Assembly (NCBI RefSeq): GCF_009914755.1
Contig: NC_060936.1
Reading direction: 5' to 3' (one strand)
Source: the human T2T-CHM13v2.0 reference genome, Homo sapiens
Length of the DNA: 64,000 nt
Position 1 is the first letter of the stretch. Each line of letters starts with the position of its first letter. The position numbers were made by a program, and so were the translations under genes. The notes under the pieces were generated by a model, which did no database searches, was not told the DNA's origin, and saw only the letters and a program-made list of their open reading frames with translations. Below are positions 41,270 to 54,617 of the stretch, piece after piece.

Positions 41270-41420
41270 ATGGCTTATCTGTGCCTGTTTCCTCATTTAT
41301 AAAATGAGGATGATAGTAGTACCTACCTCAAATGATTGTTATAATCATTAAATGAGTATCTCTTAGAATGCTGTTTATGGCACGTAGTAAGTGCTATATG
41401 TGTTAGTGGCAATTAATATG
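41270..41420 (+). mobile_element. MIR
   Basis: tctgtgcctgtttcctcatttataaaatgaggatgatagtagtacctacctca...tggcacgtagtaagtgct. Confidence 0.85.
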
Positions 41421-41672
41421 GTCCCTAACTACACTTCCACCTCAGTTCTTACCCCAACAACCTTGTACACTTGTACACTTTCCTGAATTCACACCACTTT
41501 ACTTTCTAACCTCTTTTTACCTTGGTCTTGCTGTTTCATTTACCTAGAGTACACAACTTTCTCCAGTTGGCTAACTCATGATTGTCTCTTCAAGACTCAG
41601 TTTAGCATTGTGTGCTTAGGAAAGCATTTTCCAGATCCCCTTGTAGGTGTTCCTACATAGAAAGGGCTTATT

Positions 41673-42544
41673 ATTATACTTAAAGTTCTAGGGTACACGT
41701 GCACAACGTGCAGGTTTGTTACATATATATATATATGTGTCATGTTGGTGTGCTGCACCCATTAATTCGTCATTTACATTAGGTATATCTCCTAATGCTA
41801 TCCTTCCCCTCTACCCCCACCCCACGATAGGCCCCAGTGTGTGATGTTCCCCTTCCTGTGTCCAAGTGTTCTCATTGTTCAATTCCCACCTATGAGTGAG
41901 AACATGCAGTGTTTGGTTTTCTGTCCTTGCAATAGTTTGCTGAGAATGATGGTTTCCAGCTTCATCCATGTCCCTACAAAGCACATGAACTCATCCTTTT
42001 TTATGGCTGCATAGTATTCCATGGTGTATATGTGCCACATTTTCTTAATCCAGTCTATCATTGTTGGACATTTGGCTTGGTTCCAAGTCTTTGCTATTGT
42101 GAATAGTGTCGCAATAAACATACGTGTGCATGTGTCTTTATAGCAGCATGATTTATAATCCTTTGGGTATATACCCAATAATGGGATGGCTGGGTCAAAT
42201 GGTATTTCTAGTTCTAGATCCTTGAGGAATCACCACACTGTCTTCCACACTGGTTGAACCAGTTTACAGTCCCACCAACAGTGTAAAAGTGTTCCTATTT
42301 CTCCACATCCTCTCCAGCACCTGTTGTTTCCTGACTTTTTAATGATCATCATTCTAACTGGTGTGAGATAGTATCTCATTGTGGTTTTGATTTACATTTC
42401 TCTGATGGCCAGTGATGATGAGCATTTTTTCATGTGTCTGTTGGCTGCATAAATCCTTCATATCCTTCACCCACTTGTTGATGGGGTTGTTTGTTTTTTT
42501 CTTGTAAATTTGTTTGAGTTGTTTGTAGATTCTGGATATTAGTC
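41673..42544 (-). mobile_element. L1PA4/5-like 3' fragment
   Basis: Antisense L1PA 3'UTR and ORF2 end; perfect 14-bp TSD agaaagggcttatt (41659-41672 and 42545-42558). Confidence 0.95.
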
Positions 42545-42611
42545 AGAAAGGGCTTATTCTTGTAATAATCATCTATACAATGTATTGTAACAGTTTGTTT
42601 TTCTATCTCAC

Positions 42612-42988
42612 TGTATTAGTCCGTTCTCACACTGCTATGAAGAAATATCCAATATTGGGTAATTTATAAAGAAAAGAGGTTTAATTGACTAATAGTTCTG
42701 CATGGCTGGGGAGGCCTCAGGAAACTTACGGTCATTGCAGAAGGGGAAGCAAACATGCCCTTCTTCACAAGGCAGCAGGACAGAGAATGAGTGCTGGCAG
42801 GGGAAATACCAGGTGCTTATAAAGCCATCAGATCTTGTGAGAACTCACTCACTATCACACGAACAGCATGGGGGAAACCCCATGATTTAATTCCCCCCAC
42901 CCCCACCGGGTCCCTCCCATGCCATGTGGGGATTATGGAACTACAATTCAAGATGAGATTTGGGTGGGGACAAAGAGAAACCATATCA
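42612..42988 (-). mobile_element. THE1 (C/D) solo LTR
   Basis: tgtattagtccgttctcacactgctatg...aaccatatca; perfect 5-bp TSD ctcac. Confidence 0.95.
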
Positions 42989-43219
42989 CTCACCATCCCA
43001 ACTGAGTAAGTAGCTTGAAGACTTTGGTTGTCATTTGTCACCACTATATTCTTTGCTCCCTAACTTCAACATTTGGCACATAATAGGTGCTCACATAAAT
43101 GTTTAACTGATGGATTAACTGAATCAAAAGTATTATCAGTAAGAAGGAAATATTTGATGAACAGAGTCATAGAAAAAAGATGAATACCAAGCTAGTTTAT
43201 AGTCTATAAAGTTCCAAAA

Positions 43220-43397
43220 CAGTGGTTTCTAATGCAAATATACATAAGAATTTTTCTTTTTTTTTTTAAAAAAAAAAAGCTTTAAAAACACAGATTCCTG
43301 GGCCATGCGGCTAATCCACTGAATTAGAATCTCTGGTTACAGATATTTAAAACAAATTCATCATAGTTTTTCTAACATGGTTAATAATCTCTGCTCT
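43220..43397. mobile_element. MER5A-like (hAT-Charlie)
   Basis: cagtggtttct...cagattcctgggcc...actgaattagaatctctgg. Confidence 0.7.
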
Positions 43398-44544
43398 AAA
43401 ATGAACTCTTTTATACACAATTTGAAGTGTTCTACACTTTCACCCTTAGCAGTTATATAAAATTCTCTTTAGAATAAGCTTTAGGTTAATTCATTATTTC
43501 AGATTTTTAAATTGTGAGCACTTAATCAATGACTTGATGGAACTATGTAAAATTATTCTGAAATATTTCCTATGTAAAAAATTCTACTAGTTTAAAAGAT
43601 ATTTTTCAATCTTTTTCTAACAATTGTCATTTTATTCTCTTCACCCCAGCCCCTTAAAGTAAGTATAAAATTTCCAGATTTAAAATATGCCCTTGCTATG
43701 AACCACTCCAAAGTAAAGGGAACCAAGTGAATTCAGGCGATTTCTTACAGTGCAATTGCCTTCTTTTCATACTAATAAAAGTGGTCTCTCATGCCTACTT
43801 TCTCTGGCTTGTTCATGTAACATAGGCAACTGTGTCAACATTTAGCAACCTTAAATATATTGCAGTCACTAAGGTGCACATAAAAAAACGTTTCTGTATC
43901 CAATAACCATCTTATAAATGTTTCTGTGCTCAATGTGCATATTAAAATGCCAGTTTTTCCCTCCCAACAATGACATGTGTTGAAATGTGGATAAATGTTG
44001 AATATCTGTTATGTATGTTGGCAAATGATAAAACATTAAATAGACCGCTCTAAGTGAAATCTAATGAAAAGACCATTTCACACAACTTCTTTCCACCATT
44101 GGTACACTCTAACCCTCATTCTGAAAAGATACGACCTCTGGGTGGGAAAAGAAAAACATCACAGTTGGAATGCCATGGTAAAAAGAATCTATAAAGAAAG
44201 AGACTGAGGGCATTCATTTTAAAATTTGAATGTAAATGTTACTTTTTCCACTTCAATTTTAATTAGAGAATATGTATCTAGAGTTGACAATAAACAAAAT
44301 CTAGTAATAAGGGTAGCTGCAGAGCCAGTTATATTGATGGTAAAGAAGGTTACTATTTCTGTAATTTTAAGAGTGATAAATGCTCTTGGTGTTTTTAAAA
44401 AAATTAATACAAGAATATATTAAATTTGTATGTATAAAATAAAACATGGAATTCCTGTCTTTGAATATCACTATTAATGAGTCAGCTAAATATGTTTCCA
44501 GAATTGTAAATATATAAACACATATATACATAGGCATATATGTG

Positions 44545-44549
<5 letters not shown>

Positions 44550-44577
<28 letters not shown>
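44550..44577. repeat. (TG)n microsatellite
   Basis: Directly visible. Confidence 0.95.
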
Positions 44578-44580
<3 letters not shown>

Positions 44581-44869
44581 AAAGGTGCCCTGTGTTGAAA
44601 TTCTAATGGCTTCCATAAATTTGGTAGAGCCTTTCTGCCAGTAGGTAATAGAGATATTCACATCACTGAAGGGAGAATAGAGCTGCTCCTAATTGCCTAT
44701 CACATTACTTTTGGAGCCAAATGGATGTTACATTATTCAGGATTAAGGGATACATTTCCAAAGCACCAAGCAAGATGGATGCTTCAGAATCCCTTCATTG
44801 GCTCCAAAAGCTGTTCATTGTTTGCCTTTTCATTGCTTTGTCATTGCCACAGTAAAGGATACCTTTGGT

Positions 44870-45240
44870 GTACGATGCTGTTTGCAGGGCAATTTTTGCC
44901 ACAAAAAAAGGATTAATTTTTTCTGCCATTTTCCATTTTCATCACCAATTTCCAACTGTCATGAAAGTGAGCTCTGTTTTTACACGACATTCCACTCTTA
45001 TTACCATCTTCGTCCCAAGAATGAAAGTCTGTAATGAGAGCAAAGCCATGGCTGGCATCTGAGGGCTGTTATAATTCACTCTCATGACAAAGATAGTAAT
45101 GAGAAATGACAGTGGCACAAAATGAAGCCTTTCCGATCCCAGCCCCTTGGATGATAATGAAAACAGAAGATGGCACCAACTTTATTCATCTTCATGACAC
45201 CTATTGTGACAGGATTGAAAGCTGCAGCAACAAACATATC
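44870..45240. repeat. Long imperfect inverted repeat centred ~45049
   Basis: Arms 44924-44947/45152-45175 (19/24) and 44996-45014/45086-45104 (16/19) share the same centre as the palindrome agccatggct. Confidence 0.75.
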
Positions 45241-45417
45241 CGAGATTACAATCTCCCAGTCTCATTCACATATTGCGTTTTTTTAAAAAAACTCCATAAC
45301 ACTATTTCTCCTGGGAATCCAGTTTTGGGGGGTGCTTTCAGAGGTTGAAGAATTTACTGTCCACAACTGAAAGTATGTCAGAGAGGTAGAAGTGTTTCCA
45401 GCTTTGAAAAGTATGTG

Positions 45418-45456
<39 letters not shown>
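45418..45456. repeat. (TTA)n microsatellite
   Basis: Directly visible. Confidence 0.95.
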
Positions 45457-45457
<1 letters not shown>

Positions 45458-45802
45458 AAATCAGCTTAGCAATGCCTGTAAAAGAAATGATGAGGAGGAG
45501 GCAGAGAATATGGAAACAAAGCCAATTTTTGAAGTTCTAATTCAATTCTCTGACTCTCCAGAAAAAAAAATGCAAATTTAAGGTGTAAAATATCCAGCTA
45601 ACACAATGAATACAGGATCTTCCTTGCACTTGCATGTTTTCCCTCTCCACTCCCCTCCCTTTCCCGCTCTCCCTCTCCTCATCCCTCCCTTCCCTTTCCC
45701 CCCTCTTTTAGCTATGTTTATATCTTCGTAAAATCTGAAAGGGAATTTGTAGCTAAGTTGATCCAATCTCTTCATTTTATAAATAAAAAAAGAAGGCTTC
45801 AG

Positions 45803-46042
<240 letters not shown>

Positions 46043-49000
46043 TCACTTACTCACAGTAACCCAGACAGTGTCGGGATGTCTCATTCCCAATGTTCAATCT
46101 CATCCTTCTAAAATATAAGTTGAAATGCCGAAGACAAAGACAGCATGGAATATATGTATTACATTCAATTTCTTTGCAGCCTCTCTATAGAGGGAATGTG
46201 GCATTCTCTCAAGAAATTTATTTTGGAGTCACAAGACTCCTGGCTCTGTGATCTCCTACCTCTGTGCCCTTTGGTCACTCCTCTTTCTGCATTTCAGTGT
46301 TCTTCAACGCAAAACAAGGATAACTAGCATACTAAACAGTCTATCTTCAATAGAGTAAATAAAGTCGCCATTTATTCTTTCTTCTCCCTGCTGACTTCAA
46401 ATATGACTTTGCTCTCTTTGTGTGGGCTTACTTAGGGCTCATAGAGACCAAAAGTAGAAAAAGCTTTTCTTTCCTGTTCTTGATCTGCTCTGAAAATCTG
46501 TTTCTTTTACCTCCTCCTCACACTGCTTCTAACTATTCTGTGGTCAGGAGCTAAGAAAGGGTGCAAAGTAAAGTGGCAAAAGCCCCTCCTCTGTTGCTGG
46601 GTATCTCTGCGCTGCACCATTTCATGATGTAGGTAATAGACCCTCTGGGAGACGTTTCACAACTCACCCTTCTCTCCTGGCAAAAAAAGGAAAATGGTCC
46701 ATTTTTCCTCTTGGCAGGCATCTGAGTCCTTTCAAAAATATTCAAGCCTGCCTAATTTACTAGGTCTTCAGGTGGTCCATGTGAAAACGCATACCAGCTG
46801 GCCCTGACAAACTTCAGGAGTGAGGCCAATTCATTGCATTCTTTTTCTACGGGCTGCCATTGAGACCTACTCTAGGCAACCTCCAGCATTCAGAACTCTT
46901 CAGGCAAGACACAAGCATCATTCTCTGCCTCTGCAAACTCCAGAAGATAACTCCAAGCTGGAGATATCTGTTCTATATCAACATGAGCAGACTTAGGCAT
47001 TTTTGTTGCTGCCAAGCATCAAGCAAGGAATTAACAACATGTTAGTGAAACATTAATCTCCCCTTTTAACACAAATTCTGATCTCTCTGGGTGGTTATTG
47101 GGAGACAACCTTACCAGACTAGAGAGAAAAGGGAATGTGATAGTCTTATATATACCTACCAGATTTGCTCATCAACTATGCTCTTCAACAACCCTCTAAC
47201 CTACATTTACATTGGCTACTGGGAGGTATGATGACTGAACTAGTCTGGCCATTTGAGGATAGATCTGCTGCTTCTTTTTAGATAAGTAACAATACTTCTT
47301 CGTTGTCTCAACTTTCAGATGTTAAATGAAATTTTGAAACCCAGCAAAAGTCTTACTGCATTTTCTACAGTCCTCTCATGGTTGTTGTAATAAGCATACC
47401 ATTTTCATATTGTGGTAACTTATTTTGTCTTTCTATTAAATGCTGGTATAACATCTCTTGTGTTATGGGATAACTAAAGCATAGAAAGAGGAAATGTCTT
47501 CTTCCAATAAAGGAAATCAGTGATCTGGTTAAATCAAGTATTTAAAATAATATGAAGTAAGAATATGTGCTACAGCACACTGCAGTGCTCAAACAATTAG
47601 AACATCCAGGGATCCTAGACTGTCTAGAGCTTTCTATGCCTGGTAATTTGTGTGGCATTATAAAACTCAACTACAGTCTATCTGATAGATCCTCTAAATT
47701 GAAGGTCCAGTATACCTTCAACCCGATCCTAGAGTTAGCCATAGCTCTTGTTCTTGGGAAATACCTCTCGTCCTCTGGGATGATGTACACAATAAAGCAT
47801 TCATGGTTTTAGTGGCAGCCAGAGGCCCACCAGGCCTGTGCGACAATGGTACTTGGACTGAATAGTTTGCAGTCCCCTCAAGATATTGTACTAAGAGCTC
47901 TTCCAAATGTTTTGTAAGTTCTTTGCCCTATTCATAGGCTTTTGGGTGTTTATTTTCACAACACCATTCTCCTCTTGCACTTTCCTTTGAACATTTTCAG
48001 ACAAATGAAGACAACATTCTATTAAACAACAATAGTAATTCTGATGTGAAAAATGCCCCGGATTTGTAGGTATGCCTCATTCACTAATTAATATAACATC
48101 CACCCTGGCAACTAATATTTTGAGACTTAACATGTACAAAGCTTTGTGTTCTGTGACCCTCATTTGTGACAAGTTGCTTCATGTCTTCAGGTTTTTGTTG
48201 ATTTATTTGTAATATGACAGAAACTGGAATTGCATTTGCAGTGTCTTCTGAGGGCCTCTTGTATTCTGTTGAGATGCTCAAGAGCCTACATGGATAAAGA
48301 TGTAATGGGACACGTGAATTGCATGGGGAAACTCAGTAGCCTCTTACCCAGTCAGTGAAGGAGCTCAGCTTATATCATTTTATGTATAGGGCTTCTACAC
48401 AAGATTGATTTTTGAAAAGGGAATTCCATTCCAAAACCACAGGATTGGAATTTCCTTCTGATTCTATTTATCCATGATTCTATGAAATAGCATATGGATT
48501 AAAAAACTCCTGAACACCAGAATTTAATTCACATATTATTCATGACATGGGGTGAGATTGGAGTCATATGAAATTGCTCTGATGCTTGATATCACCTACT
48601 CAATGTTATTTAGTGAAGAAATAATATTAAAAAACAAACCGCCTCTTTCCATACTCATCCCAGACAAGGAAAAACTGGATTTTAAATACATATTATGTGG
48701 TTCAAAGTAACCTCAGAAATTGGTATAAACTTGTCAAGTGGGCAAAGAAATATGCTTCAGCCCTTATCACAAGAAGACAAAGAAAGAAGTCAGCCATGAT
48801 GTAACTAAATATCTGTGATAGTCTCAGTGGAATCTATTTCCATAGTTCCTGATTGCAGCTCCTTTAAGAAAAGAAATGGCAATGTGCAATTTATTTCTAT
48901 ATGAAAAATAGATTTATTTTTGCTTAAGGATAACTGAATTTTTTTCTAGTCATGCATGTAAAGATGAAAATTATACTCAGTTAAAATGCTATTGATATTT

Positions 49001-49654
49001 TCTATAGTCATTCAAACTATATAGAATTAAAATCAATGAATAATATCAGGACAAACAGATTAAATACATATAAAAATCTTCATTCTATTTCTAAACCTAC
49101 TGTGGAGTTAAAACAACAGCAAGAAAAAAATTTATATTAGTTTTAATTTTCATTTTTTTCCATTTGTAGATTTACTAGAAGGTATAGAAGATCACCGAAT
49201 ATTTTTGACAAATTAGTCTTACATTTTGTGATTAAGGCATCTGTAATATTAAAAAGATGGTTCAAAAATTCCATTCCTGGTGACTTAAAATGAAATCACA
49301 ATTACTGCTTTGTCTTCCTGCTTGGTTAAATGCAGTGTTCCCACCACATTTGGATTGCTATAATAAGTGAAGCTTAAAAAAAATGCATATACAAAAACTT
49401 GCTTGCAGTAACTTTGCCTGACATTCATGCAAAATGCAATTAAAAGGTTTGAATTGTACAGGTGCTAAAAAGAAGTGTATTACAAAACAAGCAAACCATA
49501 ATGTCAGAAAATTCAGTTTGGTTATTAACATTTTATTATCTTAATTATGACATTCAAGCATTGTAATCCCAGGTCTATTGCTAAGGAGACGAGGTTATAA
49601 AGGTAGGTTGTCAAAATCTTTATCAGAGAGTAATTTTAACATGTTTTTAAAGAG

Positions 49655-49910
49655 AATTTATTGTTTAATTATAAGGGTAATATAACTACAATCTAGAAAA
49701 CACGTAAAATGGTGAAAAGAAAAATAACTGCCTATTATCCCAGCACTCAAACCACCATTATTATTATTTTGGTGGAGTTCCTTCCAGGCTTTCTCCATAA
49801 GCTTTTATTAATTATTTTGTTTACAATTCTAATGTGTATGCATCACATTTTGTACCCTCCTTCTTCACTTTATTGTATATTGTCAATAGAGCTTTATATT
49901 TTCAAGATGA
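49655..49910 (-). mobile_element. L1ME 3' end fragment
   Basis: ctagaaaacacgtaaaatggtgaaaagaaaaataa...tatcccagcactc...ttattattttggtggagttccttccagg. Confidence 0.55.
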
Positions 49911-50705
49911 GTCTTGTTTATATCGTAGGAAATTACTTGGTAAGAGAAAGTGGTCAGCATGAGCCTCAGTTCTGGTCCAGAAGGTAATTTGGTTTTACTG
50001 TGAGGCTTGAAACAACTAAGTCATTTTCATCCCTTGCAGTCATTTCATGAGAAATGCTTTGCTCTATCCTGAATACTAAATACAGGACAAAGTCTCCACC
50101 AATTAAGTCTTGGAATTAGGCCAGACCTAAATCACTGGGGGTAGAATCTTTGCATCTCAGCTTCATGGGGATGGCCATAAAAAGAGACCAGATGATACAG
50201 AACACCATAATTGCTGCCCACAGAAGCCAAAGAAGGGCATTTTAATACACTGAAATAAAAGCACTTTTTCCCAAGGACACCTTAAGGATGTCAGGCAACC
50301 AAGAGCTGCAAGAAAATCAAAATTGTTTCAAAAACTAACTGCAATGTATAAACCATTCTAAGAGTTAGTGTGTCTTGAATTTAAAAAAAACCACACATAT
50401 AAGTAATGTAAACTCTCAGGGTCTCTGTATTTTTGTTATTTGAGACAGGAAAGAGTGAATATGCAAACATATGTTAATAAAATAAACTTTATGTATATAT
50501 GTATAGGCACAGTTTAGCAGACAAAATGCATGGGAACAGTAAGTAATGTTTAATATAAGCCATACCTAAGTAATCAAAAAAAAAAAAAAAAAAGAAGAAG
50601 AGGACAAAGATTCATGAAAATATTCTCAAACTCTGAATCTCTCTAAAGCTTCAAACACCTTCATTCATCATTCAGAAACTGCAACAGGTTAATGATTAAA
50701 GCACT

Positions 50706-52560
50706 TTATTATTGGTGTATAGGAATGCTTGTGATTTTTGCACATTGACTTTGTATCCTGAGACTGCTGAAGAGTGAAATCATGAGCAAACTCCCATTCA
50801 CAATTGCTACAAAGAGAATAAAATACTTAGGAATACAACTTGCGAGGGATGTGAAGGACCTCTTCAAGGAGAACCACAAACCAGTGCTCAAGGAAATAAG
50901 AGAGGACACAAACAAATGGAAAAACATTCCATGCTCATGGACAGGAAAAATCAATATCATGAAAATGGCCATACTGCCCAAAGTAATTTACAGATTCAAT
51001 GTTATCCCCATCAAGCTACCATGGACTTTCTTCACAGAATTAGAAAAAACTACCTTAAATTTCATATGGAGTCAAAAAAGAGCCCATATAGCCAAGACAA
51101 TCCTAAGCAAAAAGAACAAAGCTGGAGGCATCACACTACCTGACTTCAAACTATACTACAAGTCTATGGTAACAAAAACAGTATGGTGGTACCAAAACAG
51201 ATATATAGACCAATGGAACAGAACAAAGGCCCCAGAGATAATGCCACAAATCTACAACCATCTGATCTTTGAAAATCCTGACAAAAACAAGCAATAGGGA
51301 AAGGATTTCCTATTTAATAAATGGTGTTGGGAAAACTGGCTAGCCATATGCAGAAAACTGAAACTGGACCCCTTCCTTACACCTTATACAAAAATTAACT
51401 CAAGATGGATTAAAGATTTAAATGTAAGACCTAAAACCATAAAAGACCTAGAAGAAAACCTTGGCATTGCTATTCAGGACATAGGCACAGGCAAAGACTT
51501 CATGACTAAAACACCAAAAGTAACGGCAACAAAAGCCAAAATTGACAAATGGGATGTAATTAAACTAAAGTGCTTCTGCACATCAAAAGAAACTGTTATC
51601 AGAGTGAACAGGCAGCCTACAGAATGGGAGAACATTTTTGCAATCTATTCATCTGACAAAGGGCTAATATTCAGAATCTACAAGAAACTTAAAAGATTTA
51701 CAAGAAAAAAAACATCAAAAAGTGGGTGAAGGATATGAACAGACACTTCTCAAAAGAAGACATTTATGCAGCCAACAAACAGATGAAAAAAAAAGCTCAT
51801 CATCACTGGTCATTAGAGATATGCAAATCAAAACCACAATGAGATTCCATCTCACGCCAATTAGAATGGTGATCATTAAAAAGTCAGGAAATAACAGATG
51901 CTGGAGAGGATGTGGAGAAATAGAAATGCTTTTACACTGCTGGTGGGAGTGTAAATTAATTCAACCATTCTGGAAGACAATGTGGCAATTCCTCAAGGGT
52001 CTAGAACCAGAAATACCATTTGACCCAGCAATCCCATTTCTGGGGATATATGCAAAGGATTATAAATCATTCTACTATAAAGACGCATGCACACATATGT
52101 TTACTGTAGCATTATTCACAATAGCAAAGACTTGGAAATAACCCAAATTCCCATCAATGTTAGACTGGATAAAGAAAATGTGGCACATATATACCATGGA
52201 ATACTATGTAGCCATAAAAAAGAATGAGCTTATGTCCCTTGCAGAGACATGGATGAAGCTGGAAACCATCATTCTCAGCAAACTAACACAGGAACAGAAA
52301 ACCAAACACTGCATATTTTCACTCATAAGCGGGAGTTGAACAATGAGAACATATGGGCACAAGGAGGGGAACATCACACACCAGGGCCTGTCAGGGGGTA
52401 GGGGGCAAGGGGAGGGATAGCATTAGGATGAATACCTTATGTAGACGACAAGATGATGGGTGCAGCAAACCGCCATGGCACATGTTTACCTATGTAACAA
52501 ACCTGCACGTTCTGCACATGTATCCCAGAACTTAAAGTACAAAAAAAACAAACAAAAAAA
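50706..52560 (+). mobile_element. L1PA7-like element with 5' inversion; decayed ORF2 (ORFs 50782-51297, 51502-52339)
   Basis: [21 protein letters not shown]...WKNIPCSW... is the L1 ORF2p C-terminal region with stops and frameshifts. 50706-50772 is an antisense copy of the L1 segment that lies just 5' of the sense part. Confidence 0.95.
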
Positions 52561-52719
52561 AGCTTTAAAGAATCTACTACTTAGAATGTCAAAGTTACAC
52601 CAATATTTTTGACAGCATTTTCAAGAGTGTGAGGGAAAAGTGCAGAATTTCTGGAGAGTAGATTGCAAATTCACATCATAGTCTTAAAACTCATTAACTG
52701 TTTGACCCTTTAATTGCTC

Positions 52720-54290
52720 TTTAACTTTTTAAAAATTTTTCTCCCTCTGGCTGCCTTTCAATATTTCACTCCATTGTTTTCAGCACTTTGCTTATGATGT
52801 CCCTAAGTGTGGTTTTCTTTTTATTTATACCATGTGGCGCCTATATATCTTTTTGAATTTATGGCTTGGTATCTTTAATCACATCGGAGGAATCCTCAGC
52901 CAGTATTTCTTCAACAATTGCCTCTTTGGTTAAACATGATAGACGTTTCGCTTGTACTTTACATGTCTCGTATTCTCTTCTCTGTATAATTTTTCTCCTT
53001 GTGCATTGTGAGGCGTGAAACAACTAGGTCATTTTCATCCCCTGCAACAATTTCATGAGAAATGCTTTGCCTTTCTCATGGTAAATATACACAATGGAAT
53101 ACTATTCAACTACAAAAAGGAAAGAAATCCTGTCATTTGAAATAACATGGTTGAATATGGGAGACATTATATTAAGTCAAATAAACCAGACACAATAGAA
53201 AGTATCTGAATACATTTTATTGCTCTATCATCCATATTTACTAATTCTTTTGTGTTTTGATTTGTGATTTCTAATTTGCTAATAAACTACTCTAATGAAT
53301 TCTTAACCCAAGACACTATTATTTTTTAATACAGAATTTCCATTTGACAAGGTTTCTTTTTAATAGATTCTAGCTTTCTGCTAAAGTTTCCTATTCTTTC
53401 CTCTATTTTCTTGAATTGTATCAAATGTGCTTAAAGTCTTTTATAACTTCAATACCTGATTTATCTGCAGGTCTGTTTCAATTGTCCTTTTTCTCCTGTT
53501 TTGTTCAGTTGGTCCTGAATCTTAACATGCCTTTAATTTTTAATTTGATACTTAAAATGATAGGGTTTTTGAAAATTGTGTGAGCTCTGAAAAATGTAGT
53601 CCTCTAAAGAGGATTAAGTTTTCTTGTGGAAGACAGATATAATATTACACTATCACCTTAGTCCCTTCCTAAGTTGATTTTCTTTCTTTTTTAAAGGTTT
53701 TTATGTTTCTATTTTGTCATTATTCTGGCATGGCCCTTCTGAGAGCTCGGTGAAAAGCTCTGTGTACTTACAAGTTCCTCTGAGTTGATAGAACTTGAAC
53801 TCCAATCTCATTCCTTAGCAGTAGGCAGATACGAAAATCTGCTCAATTCTTTTCCTCCCAGATGCTGGTTTCTGTTGGTTTTATTGCATGCATAACTAAG
53901 AATCCACCAATATCTTGCAGAGAATCAGTAGGATTTTAGGGCTCTCCTGAAGCTTCTTAGTCTTTGGGATGTTGCCACTCAATTTATACCTTCTGTTTCA
54001 GTTTCAAACTCTGACTCTATCTCTTCAGTGGTGTAAGACTCTTCTGTTTGGACTCTATTCCCTCACATTGCAGAAAATTTCTAAGTACCCTCTACAGAAA
54101 AGCCAGCTGAATGTAAAACTCCCCTAGTGCCCTTTTCTCCTTATAATGGTATAGTTATTCTTGTCCCTGACTACTCTGATTGTATGCCAGGGCCTTCAAA
54201 TTATTTGCATTTTATATCTTGTTCATCTTTAATAATTATAACAGCAGGAAACTTAGCCTAATAAAGTCATTCCATTCATAACTGGAACTC
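52720..54290 (-). mobile_element. Old L1M (5' region/ORF1) antisense fragment
   Basis: ctctggctgcctttcaatattt...aatcctcagccagtatttcttcaa...ctctaatgaattcttaa...agaatttccatttg. Confidence 0.65.
53007..53194 (+). repeat. Bipartite local templated insertion (copy of 49999-50062 plus copy of 56877-56993)
   Basis: 58/64 and 107/117 identity by manual alignment. Confidence 0.9.
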
Positions 54291-54617
54291 TAATTCTAAA
54301 AAAGAAATTAATTAAAGAAAATTATTGATGTGACCAAGGTTTAGCTACATGTATAATCCACAACAGAAATTTTTCTATCAGTAAAAAATTGGAAACAACC
54401 TATAGGTCTGACAATATGGAATTATTTAAATAAATGATGATTGATCCACTGTAAGTCAGAATTGCTGCCAACATTAAGGGCTTAACTGAGGTCATGAATT
54501 CAAAATGTGACCAAGCACTATGTGTGTCTGTGTGTTTTCTTCCAGTCCTGTTTACTCCACAGGTGCAAACATAACTTACATTTATCATATTGACCCCCAA
54601 ATCCCAACCAATGTCTA

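Larger units (their letters stand above)
41425..43125 (+). mobile_element. L2 3' region hosting L1PA and THE1 insertions
   Basis: L2 sequence (tcttcaagactcagtttagc) continues at 42545-42611 and after 42993 to tggcacataataggtgctcacataaatgtttaactgatgga. Confidence 0.7.

Noticed and set aside
50782-52339. ORFs with clear protein homology (171, 75, 139 and 60 aa)
   Set aside because: They are fragments of L1 ORF2p broken by stops and frameshifts in a 5'-truncated element, not a gene.
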